Shown here piece after piece: positions 1 through 9,127 of a stretch of 64,000 nucleotides of DNA; the first letter of the stretch is position 1; each line of letters opens with the position of its first letter. Origin of the DNA: Ptychomitrium polyphyllum (Eukaryota); NCBI GenBank assembly GCA_973851085.1, contig OZ316775.1:19034001-19098000 (forward strand). The letters run 5' to 3'. The translations under genes were made by a program, and so were the position numbers. The notes below the pieces were generated by a model. That model was not told the DNA's origin and did not search any database. It saw only the letters and a list, made by a program, of their open reading frames with translations.

Positions 1-2498
1 TCGAGACGGTCGCCTGACAGGCCCTTCTGGAACCCTTGATGTTCGTGCTTTTTAGCTCGTCGCGTGAATTGTTCAGCTCGCGATACTTTTGGGTTTTTGT
101 ATCTCTGGGAGAATGGAACAGATACGCGGTTATGGAGTGCGTTTGTTGGGAGCCTTGAAGTTTGGAGAGCATTTGGAGTATTTTAATTCGTTCAAGATGG
201 CCGACATGCGACTGACAGGCTTTTTTGCAACCTCTTACACATCTTGGTTCAAAATTATCGCCCGCGTAGACTATTGACCTTTCATTCTGATATTGTTCGG
301 CGAAGCTAGTTGCTTCCCTGGAGAACTGGCTTACCTTACGAAGAACTGGCTTTTCTGAAGAACTGATTTTGGTTCATGCATGAACTTCTGATTGTCAGAG
401 TCGCACAGATTTGTAACGATTCGAATGTATCTACTCTTGGGGTGTCTGGACTATTTTAATTCGTTCAAGATGGCCGAATCGCGACTGACAGGCTTTTCTG
501 AAACCCTTCACATACTTCATTTCAAGCTTCCAATCTGCGTTTTCCTTTGACCTATCGCAGCAGTCCGTTGATTTGTGAAGATCGGACTTATTGTTCTGCG
601 TGATGCTGGTTCATGCGTGAGCCTTCTGGTTGGCAGAGTAGCCCACATCCATCAGCTTATGGGCGCATGCATGTCTTGGGGGCGGAGGACGTACGGAGTA
701 TTTTAATTCGTATGAAGATTTCACTCCTTCCAGACGGCTGACTGCCAGGACTCCACGAACCCCTTCGCCCTTCTGCTTCTAGCTAATCGCATGCGCTGCT
801 TCATACATATGTCCCTTGCGTTGTGATCTGGTTCATCGTTGAACTTCTTCTGGTTGGCAGAGTTGCGGAGTTCCGCATCAGTATACATCCGACACTCGAT
901 GTGCGTATTCCTGGAGTTTGAAGGACGTTAAACTCGTTGCAAGATCTAGCCCGTGCCAGTCGCTGCATCCAGGCTTTTTCTGGAACCCTAATCATGATCC
1001 TTTTTGGTTTTAGTCGAATTGATCTTTTTATATAGCCCTTTCAGTACTTTGTATTCATCGATAAGCTGTATTTGACTTTCGTTTTCGCAGTCGGGCGTGA
1101 ACAATCTGAAGAACGCTAGTATTTAAACTGAATTTACTCGTCTGGAGTTTAATTCGCTTCTGACGGTTAACATACAGGGTTTTTTTGAAACCCCCTTAGA
1201 TTTAGCTTTAAGCATGTTTTGGTCTTATAGTTTTTTTCAATAGAAAATGACGGGCAATCTAGTTCATTGGTTATCTGCTTTTGATTGGCAGACGCGCTCT
1301 AATATTCCAAAGATGGCGAGTACTTTTTGTACGCAGCTTGTACCGTGAAGGAGATTTGAAGTTCTAATTCATACACGACGGCCTACGCACAGGCTTTTTT
1401 TGAAACCTTTCCCTTTGGATTTTAATCATAAACCTGTGCTCCCTATGCTCCCCATGCTCCCTTACTACTGTGGTTTATCAACCATGTTATGCTTTGCAGT
1501 TTACCGAGTTCTGTGATGAGTTACAATACGAAATGTGATGGTGCTATCCAAAGAGCGATTTTCTGATTTTATTTCGTTAAAAGATTGATTAACAGGACAT
1601 TTTGAATCCTTGATGAATCGTTGAATTTCTAGCTTTTGTAACCTTTGAGCATATAAGGGGTGATAATTTATCGTGAGTTGCTACAAGTGTCGAAGGTGAC
1701 TGTCTGGCAGAGGGGCATAGATCTACGCTTAACGGGAAGTGCGACCTGGAGCGGAGAAATTTTGAAGTATTTTAATTCGTTGGAAAATATTCGTTTGACA
1801 GTCGATGGACTCCTGACAGGCGTTTTTGAAACCCTTTACATACTATTTTTGATCACTTCATTTCAGCTTCCTGCACCAGTTAATTGGATGCACATTTGTA
1901 TGATGTGTTATTATCAAGAGTAGCTGGAATCTTTCTTTCACAAATCCTCTGCTAGTGTTTCTGGTTCATCCATGATCTGCTCTTGGTTGGCAGAGTCACT
2001 CAGTGCCAGTGTTGTGGAGGCATATATCCCTGAGCGAGGACTGGATCGAGCATTTGGTTGCCTGGAGATTTTACTCGATGAAGACATCTAAATGACAGGC
2101 TTCCTTGGAACCTTATTACTTTAACTAGCTTTGAACTGTATTGCTTCGTTTACGGATCCCGATTCCATGTGGTTTGCTTTATTGGTGAGGTGCTCTTGCT
2201 TTGACAGAGGTGCACAGATATTTTGGAGATTACTTTTGGTATGCGTTACTCTGAAAGTATCTGGAGGAGATTTAATTCGCTTCCAACGGTCGACAGACAG
2301 GCTCTTTTGAAACCTTAGTCAATTGCTTTATGCCTCTTAGAGTTTCGTTCTAGCTATAATATCTTATGTGGTTATTCATTGGTATACTGCCTTTGGATGC
2401 AATTAGGGAACAAGAAGCATTGTCAGCTTTCACTTTGACGCACGACTGGAGATTTAATTCGCTCCGGATGGCTGTGACACAGGCTCATTTGAAACCTT
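1..2498 (+). repeat. Tandem array of >=12 diverged ~220-bp units with conserved motifs and variable segments (candidate structured ncRNA array); truncated by window start
   Basis: Motifs recur in the order GGTTCA..TGA / YTGGTTGGCAGAG / variable / CTGGAG-TTTAATTCG / GAYGG / CAGG-(Y)n-GAAACCYT / TAGCT. CAGG anchors are at 18, 216, 489, 746, 970, 1175, 1390, 1593, 1817, 2096, 2298 and 2480 (spacing 182-279 bp). Strand is assumed. Confidence 0.9.
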
Positions 2499-3520
2499 CC
2501 TCTGTTGAATATTTATCTTGGTGTTCTATGTGATCTACATCAGATGTTCTGTTTATACGGGAAACGCATTTACTAGGAAACATCTTTAATAGAGGATGGT
2601 CATCTAGAGGATTGGTTTATAGGACAACTAGTCTTTTGATGCTCAACAGGGAATTGTCTGTTCAGATTCGCATGTGTCAGCACTATATATCGGAAAAACC
2701 TACAGCTCTGTTGTTCATACAAGTGACATTTACGCCAGTTTCGGGAGTATTTCGATTCCTTTATTTGGTCTAACTGAGATTAGTTAGGCTTCTTTAGGTT
2801 GTAGGTTCTTCTAAACGCATGGTTGTCATCTGATAAATTGCTGCAAGTTCTTTCATATGTTTAAACAGCTTTAGTGATGTCTGTTTGTCAACAGCGTTCT
2901 TAGTTTAGATGTTGAATCCTTTCAAATTTACCCGAATTACAAATTACAGCATTTGATCTGAGATATTAGAATTCAGCACGTTTGAATATTTCGTAACCGG
3001 GATCTCTTTGAATTACGTTAGTATAGTGGGTGAACAGGATAATTTGAAGTGTAAACTGCGTACTCCGAATCATACATGGTAAGGTTCTGCCTTGAAATTT
3101 CCACATGTATGTATCGTCATATTACGTGATTGAATCTGTACTATGTGCCGCGAATATTGGGTTTGCAACTCGCTAGTGGTTAAGGACTAGATGTACTGTG
3201 GCGTCGTTGTGTCGAAGCTGTTGAGTTGATAGAGAATGGTGCAATTTTTAATGAAACTATGCATCCAGGGTATTTGATTGATGTGATTTTCTTTTATGGG
3301 GTTTTGAAAATCTTCTGGTGAATCCTCATACTGTAGTATAATTCAGTGGAATTTTATGTTTAGTTTCATGTATAGATATGTCATCAACCTGATGAAGATG
3401 ATTCACAGCCTCAATATTATATGGCCTTTACGCCAGAGAAAGGTGGACTAAGGATAAAGGTAATGCCCGGTGCTGGATGTATCCGATAGTAATGATGGAT
3501 TTTGCATATCTGTACAGAAC

Positions 3521-3690
3521 GAGGAGCTTGAAATCTGGATGTGAAGGATTTAGAAGATTTGGATGTTGCGAGAAGGAGAATCTGGGCGCTGTTGGGAAGA
3601 GCTGGATCTGGGCGCTGCGAGGAGGAGCTGAATCTTGGTGCTGCTTGGAGGAGCTAAATCTTGGCGCTGCGAGGAGGAGAAGCTGGATAT
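3521..3690. repeat. Degenerate ~25-bp minisatellite (GGAGCTGAATCTTGGCGCTGCGAGG-like), about 6 copies
   Basis: Repeated GGAGCT(G/A)(G/A)ATCT(T/G)GG(C/T)GCTG visible at 3575-3690, with looser copies upstream. Confidence 0.75.
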
Positions 3691-5062
3691 TAGAAGTGTA
3701 TTATTTAACGGCTATCGTGCTGTGCCATGTTTAATTATCATGGTTGTATTTTTATTATACACTAAATACACTGATACCGCAACTTAATGTTATGTTTAAA
3801 CATTTCTGAAGTGCTTTGCTATACTTTGATATGTGAAGTACTTTGAATCTTATTAATTACCCCATGTTTTGTCTTGTTTAACCATCCTCCGTAGATTATA
3901 AAATAAAAGTACAAACTACGTCCTTTAGTGTTTTAAGGAAATGCTTCACACAACCCGAGATATGACATACAAGAAATGCTCACTGCAAAGAACAGCTCGC
4001 TTTTCACAATTTCCACCTAATCGCGAAATCGGACCAATTTCCTCATTCCGAATGTTCAAAAATGTTCTACCCTAGTATCTTCTATTCTACGAGTGAGAAG
4101 AGCAGGCGACGCTATGTTTTCCTTTACTCCTTGTAAACAGGACGCACGGAGATTCATGACGCCCTTATCGTCTTCGATTCACCCGCAGTGGAAGTAGCGC
4201 ACCACAAATGCCTGGTTTATCCCGCTAAAAGAAATGTAATTGATGTAAGATTGAGGTCAAATCCATTACTGAATAATCTAGGTCATGTGCGCCAGTAATT
4301 TCTAGTTGTTTGCGTCAGGTAATCACGTACAGCCGGCCTGGTTTTCCATTGCTACCCCTGTCTTTTCACCTTAGACCATTCAGAACCTAACATCAACCAA
4401 AAGAGAAGTTAAGGTGCAGCACAAGCTGACATCCACAGGAGTCATAGATTTACTCCTCCATGGTTCTAAGTGCGCTTAGGGTCGTACCCAAGATTTAACT
4501 ACTTTAAATTTCAACAATCTGATAAAGAACCTTAGAAAATTTGAAAATCGTGTTTCCATTACATTAAAACATCTTTCCGAATTTGGAAATCCACAGAAGT
4601 TTGCTTTTCTTTAAACTTGGATCTCCATGCCCCATTGCAGAAAGTCATAGTTATAAAGAATCTACTTCTCCTTGGCTACAAATGACTCTGATAAGGAAAC
4701 TCATTGTCATTACGGAAGTGTAACTGCTCAAATTCAAACACCGACCATCACATCCTTCACAGTTTAACAGCTGCAGCAGCAATCCCAGCACCACCTGCTC
4801 CAGCGGCTGTAGCAACTGTGGGAATCATCTCAGTTGAAGGTCAATTTCAGGACTACCGTTGCCATAAGTGCAGTGAAATCATTGAAAACATCGGTGTGAG
4901 GAGTCGGGATGCGTACATGAAGATTCGGAGATCTTGATCTCGATCTCCGAGGACACTTCAATCTTATGTTATGTTGTGCAATCACTGCCAATCGTTAAAG
5001 TGATGGGATTTTGAAGTAACACTCTCTGGTTGCAAATGTGGTGTGATGTTGAAGCTATGTCG

Positions 5063-5071
5063 AAACCCTAA
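5063..5071 (+). promoter_or_regulatory. Telo-box (AAACCCTAA) upstream of centrin ATG
   Basis: Exact motif ~70 bp 5' of the start codon. Further copies at 8603-8611 (reverse) and at 24335-24358 near other gene starts. Confidence 0.4.
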
Positions 5072-5140
5072 AATTCTGTGGAACAAAGGAACCTACCGGT
5101 CGGCAGCCATCAATTGAAGTTGTGCGGTTAGGTGTTGGTG

Positions 5141-6793
5141 ATGGCGAGTCTAGAACGGAACAGGAAGTGGTCGGCTTCTTCGCCTCTGTCCAGGCCTCTC
5201 CCCACACCTGCATCCGAACCGACTTCACGCATCACCACGTCTTTACCCCTGCCTTATGTGGGAGTCAACCCCCGGAGTTCCATCAGTGGGAGAGTATTCA
5301 GAAAACATGCGTTCCACAGGATCACTGAGGAGCACAAGCAGGAGATACGGATGGCATTCGAGTTATTTGATTCGCGGAAAGTTGGAAAGCTCAATTACCG
5401 TGAACTCAAAGTATTTCTTTGTTCTCCCATGATTCAGTGGATGTGTATCTCAACTCAGTTGCAGCGAAGTACTCACCATTCATGTGGTGTCTGTTTCACC
5501 TCCTGGAACTGAGTGGTGGTTCATTTTGCTTAGCAACTGTCAAAAGTTTGAGTGTTGTTATCACTGAATCTGCACATTCTGAAATTGAAAGTGCATTTGT
5601 CGCAAGAAATATGCCTTGGTTGGAGTAGTACTCTAAGGAGTTCTAAAAATCGAATTAGACCAGACTAAGCTATGCTTGATTGTACCTCGATTCAGGTGGC
5701 AATGAGAGCACTGGAGTTTAACGTGAAAAAGCCAGAGGTGAAGATGCTGCTTGAGAAATTTTCTAAAGATGACAATGATGAAGTTAATTATGAAGAATTC
5801 ATGGAAATTAGTAACTAAACCTGCTCTCTCCACTATTTGTGGTCATTTGCTCATCCTCGGCCGGTCCTGCACGTTAGGTCAAGAAATTCATGTGCATTCA
5901 CTCAAGTTTTGCAACCTTTGAATACGGATTGGTTAATCATCACATATGTGCTAGGTGGCAGCAGTGTTGATATCCTCATCTAACAAAAGTGCCTGCAATT
6001 AGATTCAATCCTAGTCGAATCCTCATAAACTGCATTCTTTGGTGCCAGTGGTTCATAAATACAAAGACAGAGACCCCAATGAAGATGTGATGAAGGCGTT
6101 CCGATATTTCGACGAGGACGGGACCGGGAAAATTTCTGTAAGTCTCTTTATGCTCCATTGTGGCTCATATATGCTAACAGTCCATTAACATTCATGTTAG
6201 GTCTTAGGCCTAATCCTTCTGGTCCTTGAACGTACTACAAAATATTCTGCCATCTGCAGAATGATAGATCCATTTTCGCTTGTAAATTCTCTTTACAGCT
6301 CAAGAACATGCGTAAAATCTCAAAGGAGCTTGGTGAAAACATCACAGATGAAGAACTTATAACTATGATTGATGAATGTAAGCTTTCTGCGAAACCTTGA
6401 ACTTCTTGAGAATCTGTAGGTGCTGAATTGATGGGTATAATCTGTTGTTCCATTTGCTGCTCTCAATCTATGAGTTTCCGAATGGAGAACATTTATGAGT
6501 CACAGATTACGAGAAAATAAATACTGTGCTGACCGATGTGTTCCACTTTATGTCTTGCAGTTGACAAGGATGCGGATGGAGAAAGTAAGTCTCCTCATGC
6601 TCAGCACCAAAAAAACCATTTCCTTCCCTTCAACGGCAGTCTAGATCATCAGCTTTGTTGTGAGATTGTGGCCATTTCCATAGAGAACCTAGTACCTAAA
6701 TCTTCTGTTTTCTGTTGCTCGTGTTTAGTAAACATGACCGAGTTTTTTGAAATCATGAAGACGAGGCACAAAGAAGATGACCCGAGTCACTAA
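5141..6793 (+). CDS. Centrin (EF-hand, centrin-3/Cdc31-like), 6 exons: 5141-5410, 5696-5810, 6049-6137, 6299-6377, 6561-6584, 6729-6793
   Basis: GT-AG introns join in phase to give ...ITEEHKQEIRMAFELFD...ELK|VAMRALEFNVKK...DPNEDVMKAFRYFDEDGTGKIS|LKNMRKISKELGENITDEELITMIDE|FDKDADGE|INMTEFFEIM, the centrin signature. Confidence 0.92.
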
Positions 6794-7974
6794 GTTTCTG
6801 CACTGAGGTCCAAGAAGGCATAAGAACGCGGTGTTTGTGAGACTGCTGACTCTTTCCGACAGAGAGATCGAGCTTCATTAACACCATCCTCTAAAAAGTT
6901 TTCTCTGCTTGCAATACCGACAGAATTTGCAACGTTCCGATGCTGACAATCAGCAACCAGCTATCCTTGGTGACAATACACATGTACATGCGTAGTGTCC
7001 AGTATCTAGCTGATTCAGCGTTTTCAGCAGTGTATAATATCAAAGTTATGATTCTGGACACTACGTCAGTCGAATGGTTGGAATAACGATTATGGTCATA
7101 ATCAGTGCTCCCCTAGTTCATGTCTAACCATTCAAGTACTGGTGATTGATTATTTCAAACTCAGAGCTCACAGAGATTTTCACCTGTTGACAACTCCCTG
7201 GAAAACTCAACTCTGCATCCAACTGTGCAGACCCATTTTGTTGTTAATTGCATGTAAGTATACAATAAGTTTTGGACGAAGAAGAGCAATGGGCAAAAAG
7301 ATGTGCGGACAAGTAATGGCACTATGAGACAAGCGAGAAAGGTTTAGCAGCAATGCGAGGCATGTATAAAATAGCTAGAAGCGGCATGGGACCGACAAGA
7401 GAATGTTGGCAAATATAAGGAATAAAGGCAACCTTGATGTTTTCTTTGCTCACCATGCACCTCTAGGCTGTTTTGTCATGTGTTTTTTTCTTTCATTATG
7501 TAATTAAACATGTAGCTTCTTGGAAGTATGCATTCTTCTTTCTTGCTAAGAAAATTCTGGCCCCATCTTCTTTAAATTTTTCCAAAAAAATATGGGCACC
7601 TTCTGCACGCTTTAATATATTGCTAGGTCATAGAAGTTGTTTTTGTTCTTTCCAAAAATATATACATCAATTCCTAAGAACCTTCCAAATTAGTTTTGTT
7701 TCACTAATGCAATGTGAAAATAGCTACTATGGACTGGATAAGCTCTTACGGGTAAAAGCTACCTATGTGACCCTGATTGAAATATACTTAATTCAACTTC
7801 ATAATCTAAAACCAATCGAACAATATTCTGTTGACTATGGGCTTCAAAAATGCATTCAACACCGTTCTAGCTATTTCAAAAAATTCTTTACGTCTATATC
7901 TCAGAAAGTTCATCTCTGATTGAAAATACGCTTGCACATTTGAAATCAAAATGGCCCAAACACATGAAGGAATA

Positions 7975-8250
7975 AGATGCACTCCCACAACCGTCGTGCC
8001 ACCCAAGATCGTTACTGCACCCAAAAAAGCCACTGCATCCAAAACCGTCACTGCATTCGAAGCCGTTACCACATTCAAAATCGAGACTACACACAATTTC
8101 GCCACAGCGCCCCAAACCGTCGCTGCACCCCAAAAATGTCACTGCACCCCAAAAATGTCACTGCACCCCAAAAATGTCACTGCACCCCAAAAATGTCACT
8201 GCACCCAATACCGTAACGGCACCCAAACGCGTCGCCGCACGCAAAACCCA
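7975..8250. repeat. 19-bp minisatellite CAAAAATGTCACTGCACCC (4 perfect copies 8131-8206) with degenerate flanking copies
   Basis: Direct repeats read from the sequence; they explain the overlapping low-complexity ORFs at 7806-8408. Confidence 0.9.
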
Positions 8251-9127
8251 TCGATTAGACACCGAGGACGCGCACAATGCGCAGAACGAAATGAGCAGAG
8301 GGCGTAGATAAGGAGGAAGGCAGCGGACAGGGGGTGGCACGGTGTGGGAGCGTCGCACTGAAAGAGCGTGGACTGCACTGCACTGCACTGCTTTGGACTG
8401 GACTGCAATGCAGTGGACTAGCCCGCAGGACGTCGCGAGGGTTCTCCAGGCTTGGGCCTCACTTACTGCCGAGTGCGGGCGCTGTCAATCCCGCGGACTC
8501 CAACGACGCCACCTCCGTCATAGTCCGGGTTCGTTTTTCCCCTCAGTAGCCATCGCTTCCATCCGCAGCTCACTCCAGCGCGACTGCTTCCGTCTTGGAG
8601 TTTTAGGGTTTGACATGCCCGTCATTGTGTCCTGTTACCGGTGGCGTTGAGGTGGGAGGTTCTCCGGTAGATTCAACGGATTGGATTCCTCTCTTGAATG
8701 CCACCAGCGTCGGGTCGTGGGTTGATTGGGTGGGGAGTAGATTCTGGGCGGAATTTTGGGGTTTTTCATTTTTAGGGTTACGGAGTTGGGATTTCCGGTG
8801 GTGAGGTTGCGGTGCTGCGTTGCGTTGCGTTGCATTGCGTTTCGTTGTAGTGCGCGTGATGTTGCGTTACGGTGATACGGCAAGGTTGTCTGCAAGATGT
8901 TTGGGGTTTTTTCGTTGTTGGATAGGTTTAGGATTTTGAGCGGATTTCACCCATTTCTGCGGATTTTTTACTTCGAGCGTAGGATTTTGAGTGGTAGGTC
9001 GTAGGGTGATTTCCGTTTACTTGACGAGGAAGTTCTTTTTCCCTTTTTCTTCATTCCTGGGATTATTTCAGGGTTTGTGGATTGAACAGCACTTGGCAGA
9101 AGTCCAACTCTAAGCACACTGTCAGCA

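Noticed and set aside
1513..1566. C/D box snoRNA (GTGATGA...CTGA) in one array unit
   Set aside because: Boxes are absent from the other units and there is no clear terminal stem. H/ACA is also doubtful because CAGG, not ACA, is the invariant element.
620..2000. tRNA/SINE cluster (GTTGGCAGAG resembles a D-loop/A-box, GGTTCA a B-box)
   Set aside because: The B-like motif lies before the A-like motif, and no acceptor stem or cloverleaf can be built
89..2480. Array units as coding exons or peptide repeats (EYFNS...LTGFFET in ORFs 89-277 and 1660-1923)
   Set aside because: Translating from the first CAG, only 3 of 11 units reach the conserved TAA in frame, which is the chance expectation. Several units have early stops, and lengths between anchors are not consistently multiples of 3.
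1..2498. CRISPR array
   Set aside because: Eukaryotic context, no identical direct repeats, period ~220 bp and no cas genes in the window
2446..2498. Resemblance of GGAG...TTTAATTCG...AACCTT to a 16S rRNA segment
   Set aside because: Only a few short words match and the flanks are unrelated; likely chance
4757..4828. 23-codon - strand ORF MIPTVATAAGAGGAGIAAAAVKL
   Set aside because: Too short and low-complexity to support without expression data
7806..8650. Cluster of overlapping ORFs
   Set aside because: By-products of the minisatellite and the GC-rich promoter/5' UTR
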